In this document: piece after piece, positions 50,408 to 61,582 of the stretch | Numbering within the stretch: the first letter of the stretch is position 1 | How the letters are laid out: every line of letters begins with the position of its first letter | NCBI RefSeq assembly: GCF_003334815.1 | Contig: NZ_QOWO01000001.1 | Origin: Escherichia coli | Lineage (GTDB): Bacteria; Pseudomonadota; Gammaproteobacteria; Enterobacterales; Enterobacteriaceae | Length of the DNA stretch: 64,000 nt | Direction: 5' to 3' (one strand) | Translations under genes and position numbers: made by a program | The notes under the pieces: model-generated | What the model was told of the DNA's origin: nothing | The model's database searches: none | Seen by the model: only the letters and a program-made list of their open reading frames with translations

Positions 50408-51643
50408 TTAATTATCTGATTTTAAAAGGTTTATTTTTTCTAAATATTTTATCCATTTGTCCAAGGCTAACCGTTTTTCCGGGATGTACTGGCTACGGTT
50501 GTACACCGCCATCACTCCTGGCATTGAGTGGCCCAGCAACTGTTCAACCACATGCGGGGCTATCCCCAAGTTATTTAGACTGGTGGCAAAAGTGCGGCGC
50601 AGGTCATGCAACGTCCACGGCGTTGAATGCTCTAATCGTCTGTATAAGATACGCCCCCACTGGCTGACAGCTTCGGGTTTCTTCATTTCACCAAGCAGCA
50701 TTCCGCTATCAAGATGATTTTGGCGTAGCTGTAAAATAAATGGCTGTATAGATTCAGGCACGGGTCTGATGATTTTCTCCCCACCCTTGCTATGTTCTCG
50801 CGGAACTGTCCAAATCCATTCTTTCACGTTCCATTCCGACCATGTCGAAAGACGAATTTCTTGTGTTCTTGCACCAAACACTATTAGCAATTTTAAAAGC
50901 GCGGTGTAGTAAGGTAGAAACGCATATTCGCTTTTTAGCGCATTCCAAAGGCCACTAAGTTCTTCAGAAGTTAAAACACGATCACGTTTTGCCTGCTTTC
51001 TTCCAACATCAGTAACTTTGATATCCTCCAGCGCATCACTGTAAACATCGTGCAGCCTGCGGTTGTGAATCAACGCCTGCTTGCAGTTACCTAATATGTA
51101 GCCGCTTGCTACCGGCGCGACTTTTTTGATTCTGCTAAATGTCTCCATCCATCTTGCTTTAGAGCACTGTTCAAGTGGCAATTCGCCGATGAAAGGATAA
51201 ATATGTCTTTCGAATTGGCGTCTATGCCTTTCAAAGTTGACCCGGTTTTCCGCCGCGTACTCATTAATCCAGCGTTCCAATGCTTCCCTGATAGTGACAG
51301 GTTTCATGGTTTTTGCTGACTCTTGGTCAAACTGGTCTTTAGGATCTAGATTATGAGCAAGCCACCGTTTGCATTGGTCGCGTTTCACCCTCGCCTCAGC
51401 AAGAGATAAGGCAGGATACTTGCCCAGCACTAGCGTCAAAGTATTGGCGCTTTTATGCTTATTCTTATAACGGAACAACCATTGGATGTTATTGGCCGGT
51501 CTCTTCTCGCCATCAAGGATTTTGCGCCTTGATGGTGTAACGCGAACAGAAAGGCTGCCACCGTCAGCAACATCAAAAGGTTTTTCGATGACTTTGCGGG
51601 TTAACGCACGCAATTGAACATCTGAGAGTTTATTTTCGGCCAT
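50408..51643 (-). CDS. tyrosine recombinase/integrase, P4-type (N-terminal DUF4102-like arm-binding domain)
   Basis: ORF 50408..51715 begins with TTG; ATG at 51643 gives ~411 aa; N-terminal KLSD...DGGSL...LGKYPALSLAEARVKRD; C-terminal catalytic signature LHDLRRTFAT...LLGHS...AVYNRSQY. Confidence 0.88.
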   Translation of the reverse strand: MAENKLSDVQLRALTRKVIEKPFDVADGGSLSVRVTPSRRKILDGEKRPANNIQWLFRYKNKHKSANTLTLVLGKYPALSLAEARVKRDQCKRWLAHNLDPKDQFDQESAKTMKPVTIREALERWINEYAAENRVNFERHRRQFERHIYPFIGELPLEQCSKARWMETFSRIKKVAPVASGYILGNCKQALIHNRRLHDVYSDALEDIKVTDVGRKQAKRDRVLTSEELSGLWNALKSEYAFLPYYTALLKLLIVFGARTQEIRLSTWSEWNVKEWIWTVPREHSKGGEKIIRPVPESIQPFILQLRQNHLDSGMLLGEMKKPEAVSQWGRILYRRLEHSTPWTLHDLRRTFATSLNNLGIAPHVVEQLLGHSMPGVMAVYNRSQYIPEKRLALDKWIKYLEKINLLKSDN

Positions 51644-51810
51644 AGAGTTAATGACAACCTTTTTGACAACTGTATGCAGGGAGTAACTGATAACTGATGA
51701 TACAATGCGAGCCAATAAAAAATAAATATCTCTTTCCGCATCAATTATTTATGATGAATACAAATTATCTAGAGTGATAATAAATTACGTATAATGACTC
51801 TGTATTTTAC

Positions 51811-51827
51811 AATACGGCATGAACTAA
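51811..51827. repeat. right direct repeat (attR core) aatacggcatgaactaa
   Basis: perfect 17-bp copy of the fis 3' end, located about 170 bp beyond the integrase start. Confidence 0.75.
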
Positions 51828-51852
51828 TTCAGGTTAGCTAAATGCTTGATTA

Positions 51853-51890
51853 AAAAGGCGCTACTCGGCATGGGGAAGCGCCTTTTTTAT
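51853..51890 (+). terminator. rho-independent terminator, probably the ancestral fis terminator displaced by the insertion
   Basis: aaaaaggcgctactcggcatggggaagcgccttttttat immediately right of attR and upstream of yhdJ. Confidence 0.65.
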
Positions 51891-51912
51891 AGGTGTCACA
51901 AAGGGAGTGACC

Positions 51913-52797
51913 ATGAGAACAGGATGTGAACCGACCCGGTTTGGTAATGAAGCTAAGACCATTATTCACGGTGATGCGCTTGCCGAACTTAAAAAGATCC
52001 CCGCCGAAAGTGTCGATCTGATCTTTGCCGACCCACCATATAACATCGGTAAAAATTTTGATGGTCTGATCGAAGCCTGGAAAGAAGATCTGTTTATCGA
52101 CTGGCTGTTTGAAGTGATTGCAGAGTGCCACCGCGTTCTGAAAAAGCAGGGCAGCATGTACATCATGAACAGTACGGAAAACATGCCCTTTATCGATCTC
52201 CAGTGCCGCAAGCTTTTTACCATCAAAAGTCGCATCGTCTGGTCATATGACAGTTCTGGAGTGCAGGCGAAAAAACACTACGGCTCCATGTACGAACCCA
52301 TCCTGATGATGGTGAAAGACGCAAAGAACTACACATTCAACGGTGATGCTATTCTGGTAGAAGCCAAAACCGGATCGCAGCGCGCGTTGATCGATTATCG
52401 CAAAAATCCTCCACAGCCTTACAATCATCAAAAAGTACCGGGTAACGTTTGGGATTTTCCGCGCGTGCGTTATTTGATGGATGAATATGAAAACCACCCG
52501 ACGCAAAAACCGGAAGCCTTACTGAAACGCATTATTCTCGCCTCTTCCAACCCAGGCGATATCGTTCTCGACCCGTTTGCTGGTAGCTTTACTACCGGTG
52601 CCGTAGCCATCGCCAGCGGACGAAAATTCATTGGTATTGAGATCAACAGCGAGTACATCAAAATGGGGCTTCGACGGCTGGATGTCGCGTCGCATTACTC
52701 TGCGGAAGAACTGGCGAAAGTGAAAAAAAGAAAGACCGGCAACCTGTCAAAACGAAGCCGGTTAAGCGAAGTTGACCCCGATCTCATTACAAAGTAA
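51913..52797 (+). CDS. yhdJ: DNA adenine (N6) methyltransferase YhdJ
   Basis: ORF 51907..52797; start at MRTGCEPTRFGNEAKT gives 294 aa; DPPY catalytic motif. Confidence 0.92.
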   Translation: MRTGCEPTRFGNEAKTIIHGDALAELKKIPAESVDLIFADPPYNIGKNFDGLIEAWKEDLFIDWLFEVIAECHRVLKKQGSMYIMNSTENMPFIDLQCRKLFTIKSRIVWSYDSSGVQAKKHYGSMYEPILMMVKDAKNYTFNGDAILVEAKTGSQRALIDYRKNPPQPYNHQKVPGNVWDFPRVRYLMDEYENHPTQKPEALLKRIILASSNPGDIVLDPFAGSFTTGAVAIASGRKFIGIEINSEYIKMGLRRLDVASHYSAEELAKVKKRKTGNLSKRSRLSEVDPDLITK

Positions 52798-52880
52798 AGG
52801 ATGTGTAAGCCTGGTTTTCAGATTATTCATTTCGTGTATATTTCCTGCCAGACTTGGTTAAACATGCACAGGCTCAGGTA

Positions 52881-53060
52881 ATGATTCGCAAGTATTGGTG
52901 GCTCGTCGTTTTCGCTGTCTTCGTTTTTCTGTTTGATACTTTACTGATGCAGTGGATTGAACTGCTGGCAACAGAAACAGACAAATGCCGCAATATGAAC
53001 TCAGTTAATCCACTAAAACTGGTTAACTGTGACGAACTGAATTTTCAGGACAGAATGTGA
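52881..53060 (+). CDS. yhdU: small membrane protein YhdU
   Basis: ORF 52854..53060; start at MIRKYWWLVVFAVFVF gives 59 aa. Confidence 0.8.
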   Translation: MIRKYWWLVVFAVFVFLFDTLLMQWIELLATETDKCRNMNSVNPLKLVNCDELNFQDRM

Positions 53061-53062
53061 AT

Positions 53063-53725
53063 TTACATGACACTTAATTCATTCGTTTGATGAATTAATT
53101 TCGTTATGTTTTCATCTGGCATGAACATTCTTAATACGTTATCGACCAGAGCGGGGGCTTGTTTATAAAGATCATAACCCGCCATATTCATTAACCAGTT
53201 TTGAACAATTCCGCTGAAGGCACCATCAATAATAATCATCACAACATCTAAATCGAGGTTATTTGCTACACAACCTTGTTGCTGACACGCCTGCAATACT
53301 TCGCGGAGAGTCTGCGGATTAAAGCCCATCTTTTCGCGTATCACTCCCTCGGCCAGCATCTCATCATTAAATTCACATTTGTGATATAAGATTTTCAGCA
53401 ACGCCTGCTGGCGGGGAATTTTGGCAATATATTGCAAGCCGACAATCAATTTTTCACGCAATTGTTGAAACGGGTCATGCTCTAATCCAGCCGTCAAGTG
53501 TTCCTGGATTAACTCCCGCAATGAAGGCTGTTGCAACCACATCTCATTAAACAGTTGAGTCTTGTTTTCGAAGTGCCAGTAGATAGCGCCACGCGTAACG
53601 TTAGCGGCGTCGGCAATGTCGTTGAGCGTCGTCTTGCTTACGCCATGCTGCGCAAACTGGGCGATGGCAGTTTCAATCAGTTCTTGCCGGGTCTTCAGAG
53701 CTTCGGCTTTGGTTCTTTTTGCCAT
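53063..53725 (-). CDS. acrS: TetR-family repressor AcrS (EnvR)
   Basis: 220-aa ORF; divergent from acrEF. Confidence 0.92.
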   Translation of the reverse strand: MAKRTKAEALKTRQELIETAIAQFAQHGVSKTTLNDIADAANVTRGAIYWHFENKTQLFNEMWLQQPSLRELIQEHLTAGLEHDPFQQLREKLIVGLQYIAKIPRQQALLKILYHKCEFNDEMLAEGVIREKMGFNPQTLREVLQACQQQGCVANNLDLDVVMIIIDGAFSGIVQNWLMNMAGYDLYKQAPALVDNVLRMFMPDENITKLIHQTNELSVM

Positions 53726-54123
53726 GATTAATTATTCAGGAAATAAATATATTCGACACAGAGTGAGAAAATAGCGAAGGTTAATCTATCACCTAATGTG
53801 TATTTATACGAGAGGCTAATATTGAGTTGCTATAAATCGTTAAATAAATAATATATATTATTTACCTAAGATACATTCACTACATCAATATATATTTCAA
53901 TTTACGAGGTTTTAATTCTGCCTCTTTCAACCCGCGTCAAAATAAAACAGTAGAATATTAATCTTTTTTTGTGTTTATGTGCCTTGAGATGCCTGTATTC
54001 ATAACTATTCCTTACATCGACGAATGATAATTTGTAGGATAGCGAACTGTATTTTTCTTTCTGCGAGTTAACGCGTTGCCTTTTTGGGTAAATAACGCGC
54101 TTTTGGTTTTTTGAGGAATAGTA

Positions 54124-55281
54124 ATGACGAAACATGCCAGGTTTTTCCTCCTGCCCTCCTTTATTCTGATCTCCGCGGCTTTAATCGCCGGTTGTAACGA
54201 TAAGGGAGAAGAGAAAGCTCACGTCGGTGAACCGCAGGTTACCGTTCATATTGTAAAAACGGCCCCGTTAGAAGTTAAGACTGAATTACCAGGCCGCACC
54301 AATGCTTATCGTATAGCCGAAGTTCGCCCACAGGTTAGCGGGATCGTACTGAATCGCAATTTCACTGAAGGCAGCGATGTGCAAGCAGGCCAGTCCCTGT
54401 ACCAGATCGATCCCGCGACCTATCAGGCAAATTATGACAGCGCGAAAGGCGAACTGGCGAAAAGTGAAGCCGCCGCCGCCATCGCGCATTTGACGGTAAA
54501 ACGTTACGTTCCGCTCGTGGGTACGAAATACATCAGCCAGCAGGAGTACGACCAGGCCATTGCTGATGCTCGTCAGGCCGATGCCGCCGTGATTGCCGCA
54601 AAAGCCACAGTCGAAAGCGCTCGCATCAATCTTGCTTATACCAAAGTCACTGCGCCAATTAGCGGACGTATCGGCAAATCGACTGTGACCGAAGGCGCTC
54701 TTGTCACTAATGGGCAAACGACTGAACTGGCGACTGTCCAGCAGCTCGATCCTATCTACGTTGATGTGACCCAATCCAGCAACGATTTTATGAGGCTGAA
54801 GCAATCCGTAGAGCAAGGAAATTTGCATAAGGAAAACGCCACCAGCAACGTAGAGTTGGTCATGGAAAACGGTCAAACCTATCCCCTGAAAGGTACGCTG
54901 CAATTCTCCGATGTGACCGTTGATGAAAGCACCGGCTCCATAACCCTACGTGCTGTCTTCCCTAACCCGCAACATACGCTTTTGCCGGGTATGTTTGTGC
55001 GTGCACGGATTGATGAAGGCGTCCAACCTGACGCCATTCTTATCCCGCAACAAGGCGTTAGCCGCACACCGCGTGGTGATGCAACCGTGCTGATTGTTAA
55101 CGATAAAAGTCAGGTTGAAGCGCGCCCTGTCGTTGCCAGTCAGGCGATTGGCGATAAATGGTTGATTAGTGAAGGACTGAAATCTGGCGATCAAGTCATT
55201 GTCAGCGGCCTGCAAAAAGCGCGTCCGGGAGAGCAGGTTAAAGCCACTACCGATACCCCCGCAGATACTGCATCGAAGTAA
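54124..55281 (+). CDS. acrE: multidrug efflux membrane fusion protein AcrE
   Basis: 385-aa ORF with lipoprotein signal (LIAGC). Confidence 0.93.
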   Translation: MTKHARFFLLPSFILISAALIAGCNDKGEEKAHVGEPQVTVHIVKTAPLEVKTELPGRTNAYRIAEVRPQVSGIVLNRNFTEGSDVQAGQSLYQIDPATYQANYDSAKGELAKSEAAAAIAHLTVKRYVPLVGTKYISQQEYDQAIADARQADAAVIAAKATVESARINLAYTKVTAPISGRIGKSTVTEGALVTNGQTTELATVQQLDPIYVDVTQSSNDFMRLKQSVEQGNLHKENATSNVELVMENGQTYPLKGTLQFSDVTVDESTGSITLRAVFPNPQHTLLPGMFVRARIDEGVQPDAILIPQQGVSRTPRGDATVLIVNDKSQVEARPVVASQAIGDKWLISEGLKSGDQVIVSGLQKARPGEQVKATTDTPADTASK

Positions 55282-55292
55282 GGTAATCTGAC

Positions 55293-58200
55293 ATGGCAAA
55301 CTTTTTTATTCGACGACCGATATTTGCATGGGTGCTGGCCATTATTCTGATGATGGCGGGCGCACTGGCGATCCTACAATTGCCCGTCGCTCAGTATCCA
55401 ACAATTGCACCGCCTGCGGTTTCTGTTTCAGCAAACTATCCGGGCGCTGATGCGCAGACCGTGCAGGATACGGTGACGCAGGTTATCGAACAGAATATGA
55501 ACGGTATCGATAACCTGATGTATATGTCCTCCACCAGCGATTCCGCCGGTAGCGTGACAATTACCCTTACCTTCCAGTCCGGGACCGATCCTGATATCGC
55601 GCAAGTGCAGGTGCAGAACAAACTCCAGCTCGCCACGCCGTTGCTGCCGCAGGAGGTTCAGCAGCAGGGGATCAGTGTTGAAAAGTCCAGTAGCAGCTAT
55701 TTGATGGTGGCGGGCTTTGTCTCTGATAACCCAGGCACCACACAGGACGATATCTCGGACTATGTGGCCTCTAACGTTAAAGATACGCTTAGCCGTCTGA
55801 ATGGCGTCGGTGACGTACAGCTTTTCGGCGCACAGTATGCGATGCGTATCTGGCTGGATGCCGATCTGCTAAACAAATATAAACTGACACCGGTTGATGT
55901 GATTAACCAGTTGAAGGTACAGAACGATCAGATCGCTGCCGGACAGTTGGGCGGAACGCCAGCGTTACCAGGGCAACAATTGAACGCCTCGATTATTGCT
56001 CAGACGCGGTTTAAAAATCCGGAAGAATTCGGCAAAGTGACCCTGCGCGTAAACAGTGACGGCTCGGTGGTACGCCTGAAAGATGTCGCACGGGTTGAAC
56101 TTGGCGGTGAAAACTATAACGTTATCGCTCGTATCAACGGAAAACCGGCGGCGGGCCTGGGGATTAAGCTGGCAACCGGCGCGAATGCTCTCGATACCGC
56201 GAAAGCCATTAAGGCAAAACTGGCGGAATTACAGCCATTCTTCCCGCAGGGAATGAAGGTTCTCTACCCTTATGACACCACGCCATTCGTCCAGCTTTCT
56301 ATTCACGAAGTGGTAAAAACGCTGTTCGAAGCCATTATGCTGGTGTTCCTGGTGATGTATCTGTTCTTGCAGAATATGCGAGCAACGCTGATCCCCACCA
56401 TTGCGGTACCCGTGGTGTTGTTAGGGACGTTTGCCATCCTCGCCGCTTTTGGTTACTCCATCAACACACTAACGATGTTCGGGATGGTGCTTGCCATCGG
56501 GCTGCTCGTCGATGATGCGATAGTGGTGGTGGAGAACGTCGAGCGCGTGATGATGGAGGATAAGCTCCCGCCAAAAGAAGCGACGGAAAAATCGATGTCG
56601 CAAATTCAGGGCGCACTGGTGGGTATCGCGATGGTGCTGTCAGCGGTATTTATTCCGATGGCATTCTTCGGCGGTTCTACTGGGGCAATTTATCGCCAGT
56701 TCTCTATCACCATCGTTTCGGCAATGGCGCTTTCTGTTCTGGTGGCATTGATTCTTACCCCTGCGTTATGTGCAACGCTGCTTAAACCCGTCTCTGCTGA
56801 GCATCACGAAAATAAGGGCGGTTTCTTCGGTTGGTTTAATACCACCTTCGATCATAGCGTTAACCACTACACCAACAGCGTCGGCAAAATCCTCGGATCC
56901 ACAGGACGATATTTACTGATCTATGCGCTGATTGTTGCAGGAATGGTGGTGTTGTTTTTACGTCTTCCGTCTTCCTTCTTACCTGAAGAGGATCAGGGTG
57001 TCTTTCTGACCATGATTCAGTTACCCGCTGGCGCGACGCAAGAGCGGACGCAAAAAGTGTTGGATCAAGTTACGGATTACTATCTGAAGAACGAGAAAGC
57101 GAACGTTGAAAGTGTCTTTACGGTTAACGGCTTTAGCTTCAGCGGCCAGGCACAAAACGCCGGTATGGCCTTCGTCAGTCTGAAACCGTGGGAAGAGCGT
57201 AATGGTGACGAAAACAGTGCGGAAGCGGTAATCCATCGTGCCAAAATGGAATTGGGCAAGATCCGCGACGGTTTTGTCATTCCATTCAATATGCCAGCCA
57301 TTGTTGAACTGGGCACGGCAACGGGTTTCGACTTTGAGTTAATTGATCAGGCTGGGCTGGGTCACGATGCCCTAACCCAGGCCCGTAACCAGTTGCTTGG
57401 TATGGCGGCGCAACATCCTGCCAGCTTAGTCAGCGTGCGCCCTAATGGCCTGGAAGACACCGCGCAGTTTAAACTGGAAGTTGACCAGGAAAAGGCGCAG
57501 GCATTAGGTGTTTCACTTTCTGACATCAATCAGACCATTTCAACGGCGCTGGGTGGGACTTACGTTAACGACTTCATCGACCGTGGTCGCGTGAAAAAGT
57601 TGTATGTTCAGGCGGATGCCAAATTCCGTATGCTGCCAGAAGATGTCGATAAACTTTATGTCCGCAGCGCCAACGGCGAAATGGTGCCATTCTCGGCCTT
57701 TACCACTTCACATTGGGTGTATGGCTCTCCGCGACTGGAACGCTACAACGGTCTGCCGTCAATGGAGATTCAGGGGGAAGCCGCGCCAGGAACCAGTTCC
57801 GGCGATGCCATGGCGTTGATGGAAAACCTTGCGTCAAAATTACCTGCGGGCATTGGTTATGACTGGACGGGTATGTCGTATCAGGAACGCTTATCGGGAA
57901 ACCAGGCTCCCGCTCTGGTAGCAATTTCCTTTGTGGTTGTTTTCCTGTGCCTTGCTGCACTCTATGAAAGCTGGTCAATTCCTGTCTCGGTTATGTTGGT
58001 AGTGCCGTTAGGGATTGTCGGCGTGCTGCTGGCGGCGACACTCTTTAATCAAAAAAATGACGTCTACTTTATGGTGGGCTTGCTAACGACAATTGGCTTG
58101 TCGGCCAAAAACGCTATTTTGATCGTTGAGTTCGCTAAAGATCTCATGGAGAAAGAGGGTAAAGGTGTTGTTGAAGCGACACTGATGGCAGTACGTATGC

Positions 58201-58397
58201 GTCTGCGTCCTATCCTGATGACCTCTCTCGCCTTTATTCTCGGCGTATTACCGCTAGCTATCAGTAACGGTGCCGGCAGTGGCGCGCAGAACGCTGTGGG
58301 TATCGGGGTAATGGGAGGAATGGTCTCTGCAACGTTGCTGGCAATCTTCTTCGTACCGGTGTTCTTTGTGGTGATCCGCCGTTGCTTTAAAGGATAA
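55293..58397 (+). CDS. acrF: RND multidrug efflux transporter AcrF
   Basis: 1034-aa [21 protein letters not shown]. Confidence 0.95.
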   Translation: MANFFIRRPIFAWVLAIILMMAGALAILQLPVAQYPTIAPPAVSVSANYPGADAQTVQDTVTQVIEQNMNGIDNLMYMSSTSDSAGSVTITLTFQSGTDPDIAQVQVQNKLQLATPLLPQEVQQQGISVEKSSSSYLMVAGFVSDNPGTTQDDISDYVASNVKDTLSRLNGVGDVQLFGAQYAMRIWLDADLLNKYKLTPVDVINQLKVQNDQIAAGQLGGTPALPGQQLNASIIAQTRFKNPEEFGKVTLRVNSDGSVVRLKDVARVELGGENYNVIARINGKPAAGLGIKLATGANALDTAKAIKAKLAELQPFFPQGMKVLYPYDTTPFVQLSIHEVVKTLFEAIMLVFLVMYLFLQNMRATLIPTIAVPVVLLGTFAILAAFGYSINTLTMFGMVLAIGLLVDDAIVVVENVERVMMEDKLPPKEATEKSMSQIQGALVGIAMVLSAVFIPMAFFGGSTGAIYRQFSITIVSAMALSVLVALILTPALCATLLKPVSAEHHENKGGFFGWFNTTFDHSVNHYTNSVGKILGSTGRYLLIYALIVAGMVVLFLRLPSSFLPEEDQGVFLTMIQLPAGATQERTQKVLDQVTDYYLKNEKANVESVFTVNGFSFSGQAQNAGMAFVSLKPWEERNGDENSAEAVIHRAKMELGKIRDGFVIPFNMPAIVELGTATGFDFELIDQAGLGHDALTQARNQLLGMAAQHPASLVSVRPNGLEDTAQFKLEVDQEKAQALGVSLSDINQTISTALGGTYVNDFIDRGRVKKLYVQADAKFRMLPEDVDKLYVRSANGEMVPFSAFTTSHWVYGSPRLERYNGLPSMEIQGEAAPGTSSGDAMALMENLASKLPAGIGYDWTGMSYQERLSGNQAPALVAISFVVVFLCLAALYESWSIPVSVMLVVPLGIVGVLLAATLFNQKNDVYFMVGLLTTIGLSAKNAILIVEFAKDLMEKEGKGVVEATLMAVRMRLRPILMTSLAFILGVLPLAISNGAGSGAQNAVGIGVMGGMVSATLLAIFFVPVFFVVIRRCFKG

Positions 58398-58649
58398 ATC
58401 AGAAACATAAAGGCGCTTTCGGGTGCCTTTATTATTTCCAGTGAAACCCATAAAAATTAATAAGATATTCTTCTGCTCACTCTTTAAAAGCTTTCTATAG
58501 TTCCCGCTCCCTTCACTATTTTTACAATTCACATAATTTGTCATTATTCATTCCGCAAGATTTATAACCTCCGGTGATAAAATGGCATTCAGCTCGTTAA
58601 TAAGAGAGTTAACTTATTAAGCGTTAGCGTTTATTACTGAGGTAACACC

Positions 58650-58871
58650 ATGAAAAGATTAATTCCTGTGGCATTGCTCACCGCATTGCTGGCGGGCTGT
58701 GCTCACGATTCGCCCTGCGTTCCGGTTTATGACGATCAGGGTCGTCTGGTTCACACCAATACCTGTATGAAAGGCACGACTCAGGATAACTGGGAAACGG
58801 CTGGGGCTATTGCCGGCGGGGCAGCTGCTGTTGCTGGCCTGACGATGGGGATCATCGCTCTATCGAAATAA
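58650..58871 (+). CDS. yhdV: small lipoprotein YhdV
   Basis: 73-aa ORF with lipobox LLAGC. Confidence 0.85.
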   Translation: MKRLIPVALLTALLAGCAHDSPCVPVYDDQGRLVHTNTCMKGTTQDNWETAGAIAGGAAAVAGLTMGIIALSK

Positions 58872-59301
58872 CTGAACAGGGCGCGGAGTTCCGCGCTCTT
58901 TTTAACGATACAGTATCTCTCCATAAGATAAAATATTGCTATATTCTGCTGGGTAATTCCCTGCTGATTTAGCATGTTACATCGCGTTATTTCGCTGCTT
59001 TCGAAATAACGCATCAATTTAATTTTCACACTTCCCACCAGAAATATACTCACGCTAACAATCATTATTCTGCTTAGTAAAACACGCGTAAATATTTTGC
59101 GCCAAAATGTGGCGCATGTTTCATTTTCGCACCATTGCGGGGCGCTGTTTTTATTATTTCCTGTCTACACTCAGCTTATTGCGACGCGAAATCGTGCGCA
59201 AAAGCTGGCACTACTTTTGCTTATAAGAGGATGGCCACAGACAGGTAAAAGACGTTTCCCAAACGTCCTATAACGATAATTTTCGCCTCACAGGAAGCAT
59301 T

Positions 59302-60327
59302 ATGAAAAAGATGATGATAGCCACACTGGCTGCCGCCAGCGTGCTGCTTGCCGTTGCAAATCAGGCGCATGCTGGCGCGACGCTTGATGCCGTTCAGAAA
59401 AAAGGTTTTGTGCAATGCGGGATCAGTGATGGATTACCTGGGTTCTCTTATGCCGATGCTGACGGTAAGTTTTCAGGTATTGATGTTGATATTTGTCGTG
59501 GTGTTGCCGCTGCTGTATTTGGTGACGACACGAAAGTGAAATATACCCCGCTCACTGCAAAAGAACGCTTCACCGCTTTACAGTCAGGGGAGGTGGATTT
59601 GCTCTCCCGTAATACGACCTGGACTTCATCTCGCGATGCCGGGATGGGAATGGCATTTACCGGCGTCACTTATTACGACGGCATTGGCTTCCTGACGCAC
59701 GATAAAGCGGGGCTAAAAAGCGCGAAAGAACTGGATGGCGCTACCGTCTGTATTCAGGCGGGTACTGATACCGAACTCAACGTCGCCGACTACTTCAAGG
59801 CAAACAATATGAAGTACACACCGGTGACTTTCGATCGCTCTGACGAATCAGCGAAGGCACTGGAATCTGGTCGCTGCGATACGCTGGCCTCGGATCAATC
59901 ACAACTGTATGCCCTGCGCATCAAATTAAGCAACCCAGCTGAATGGATTGTCTTACCGGAAGTTATCTCAAAAGAACCGCTTGGTCCGGTAGTTCGTCGT
60001 GGCGATGATGAATGGTTCTCGATTGTACGCTGGACGCTTTTCGCCATGCTGAATGCTGAAGAGATGGGCATCAATTCCCAGAACGTCGATGAAAAAGCGG
60101 CTAATCCAGCAACGCCTGATATGGCACATCTGCTGGGTAAAGAAGGCGATTACGGCAAGGATCTGAAGCTGGATAATAAATGGGCCTATAACATCATCAA
60201 ACAGGTGGGTAACTACTCGGAAATTTTTGAGCGTAACGTAGGTTCAGAAAGCCCGCTGAAAATTAAACGTGGGCAAAATAATCTCTGGAATAACGGCGGT
60301 ATTCAGTACGCACCGCCCGTGCGTTAA
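59302..60327 (+). CDS. yhdW: amino-acid ABC transporter periplasmic binding protein
   Basis: 341-aa ORF with signal peptide; first gene of yhdWXYZ. Confidence 0.9.
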   Translation: MKKMMIATLAAASVLLAVANQAHAGATLDAVQKKGFVQCGISDGLPGFSYADADGKFSGIDVDICRGVAAAVFGDDTKVKYTPLTAKERFTALQSGEVDLLSRNTTWTSSRDAGMGMAFTGVTYYDGIGFLTHDKAGLKSAKELDGATVCIQAGTDTELNVADYFKANNMKYTPVTFDRSDESAKALESGRCDTLASDQSQLYALRIKLSNPAEWIVLPEVISKEPLGPVVRRGDDEWFSIVRWTLFAMLNAEEMGINSQNVDEKAANPATPDMAHLLGKEGDYGKDLKLDNKWAYNIIKQVGNYSEIFERNVGSESPLKIKRGQNNLWNNGGIQYAPPVR

Positions 60328-60394
60328 GTCGGTGTGAGGTAACGAGCGTCGCTACGGCGGCGCTCTCTTCAGCGTTATGCTTTCCGAGGTTTCT

Positions 60395-61576
60395 ATGTCT
60401 CATCGCCGCTCAACCGTTAAAGGCTCACTCTCTTTTGCCAACCCTACGGTTCGCGCCTGGTTATTCCAGATCCTTGCCGTTGTTGCTGTTGTCGGCATTG
60501 TTGGTTGGTTATTTCACAACACTGTAACGAATCTCAATAATCGTGGCATTACTTCAGGTTTTGCCTTTCTGGATCGCGGCGCTGGCTTCGGTATTGTCCA
60601 GCATTTGATCGATTACCAGCAGGGCGACACCTACGGACGCGTTTTTATTGTCGGCTTACTCAATACGCTACTGGTTTCTGCATTGTGTATTGTGTTCGCT
60701 TCTGTTTTGGGCTTCTTTATCGGTCTGGCGAGACTTTCGGATAACTGGCTGCTACGAAAGCTTTCCACAATTTATATTGAGATCTTCCGTAATATTCCCC
60801 CGCTGCTGCAAATCTTCTTCTGGTACTTTGCCGTGTTGCGCAATTTGCCCGGACCACGCCAGGCTGTGAGCGCGTTTGATCTGGCCTTTTTGAGCAATCG
60901 TGGGCTTTATATTCCGTCACCGCAGCTGGGAGACGGATTTATTGCGTTTATCCTGGCTGTTGTTATGGCTATAGTCCTTTCTGTTGGGCTATTCCGCTTT
61001 AATAAAACATCCCAGATAAAGACCGGACAACTGCGCCGCACCTGGCCGATCGCCGCAGTGTTGATCATTGGTTTGCCTTTACTGGCGCAATGGCTTTTTG
61101 GCGCAGCACTACACTGGGATGTCCCAGCCCTACGAGGCTTTAACTTCCGCGGCGGGATGGTTTTAATTCCTGAACTGGCAGCCTTAACGCTGGCACTTTC
61201 GGTTTATACATCTGCATTTATCGCCGAGATTATCCGCGCTGGGATCCAGGCAGTGCCTTATGGTCAACATGAAGCGGCTCGGTCACTGGGATTACCCAAC
61301 CCGGTTACGCTACGCCAGGTCATTATTCCCCAGGCATTGCGGGTGATTATTCCACCGTTAACCAGCCAGTATCTCAACATCGTCAAAAACTCCTCTCTTG
61401 CCGCCGCTATTGGCTATCCCGATATGGTTTCGCTGTTTGCCGGCACCGTGCTGAATCAGACGGGGCAAGCCATCGAGACGATAGCCATGACCATGTCGGT
61501 CTATCTGATTATCAGCCTGACTATCTCGCTGCTGATGAATATCTATAACCGCCGCATCGCGATCGTTGAACGCTAA
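60395..61576 (+). CDS. yhdX: amino-acid ABC transporter permease
   Basis: ORF 60377..61576; start at MSHRRSTVKG gives 393 aa. Confidence 0.9.
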   Translation: MSHRRSTVKGSLSFANPTVRAWLFQILAVVAVVGIVGWLFHNTVTNLNNRGITSGFAFLDRGAGFGIVQHLIDYQQGDTYGRVFIVGLLNTLLVSALCIVFASVLGFFIGLARLSDNWLLRKLSTIYIEIFRNIPPLLQIFFWYFAVLRNLPGPRQAVSAFDLAFLSNRGLYIPSPQLGDGFIAFILAVVMAIVLSVGLFRFNKTSQIKTGQLRRTWPIAAVLIIGLPLLAQWLFGAALHWDVPALRGFNFRGGMVLIPELAALTLALSVYTSAFIAEIIRAGIQAVPYGQHEAARSLGLPNPVTLRQVIIPQALRVIIPPLTSQYLNIVKNSSLAAAIGYPDMVSLFAGTVLNQTGQAIETIAMTMSVYLIISLTISLLMNIYNRRIAIVER

Positions 61577-61582
61577 GGAGTC

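Larger units (their letters stand above)
42482..51827. mobile_element. ~9.3-kb integrative element (satellite/PICI/P4-like backbone: int, alpA, primase-helicase, iteron origin, plus cargo operon) inserted at the 3' end of fis
   Basis: breaks the fis-yhdJ adjacency I recall from K-12; bounded by a perfect 17-bp direct repeat; integrase next to the right repeat; all genes on the minus strand. Confidence 0.8.
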
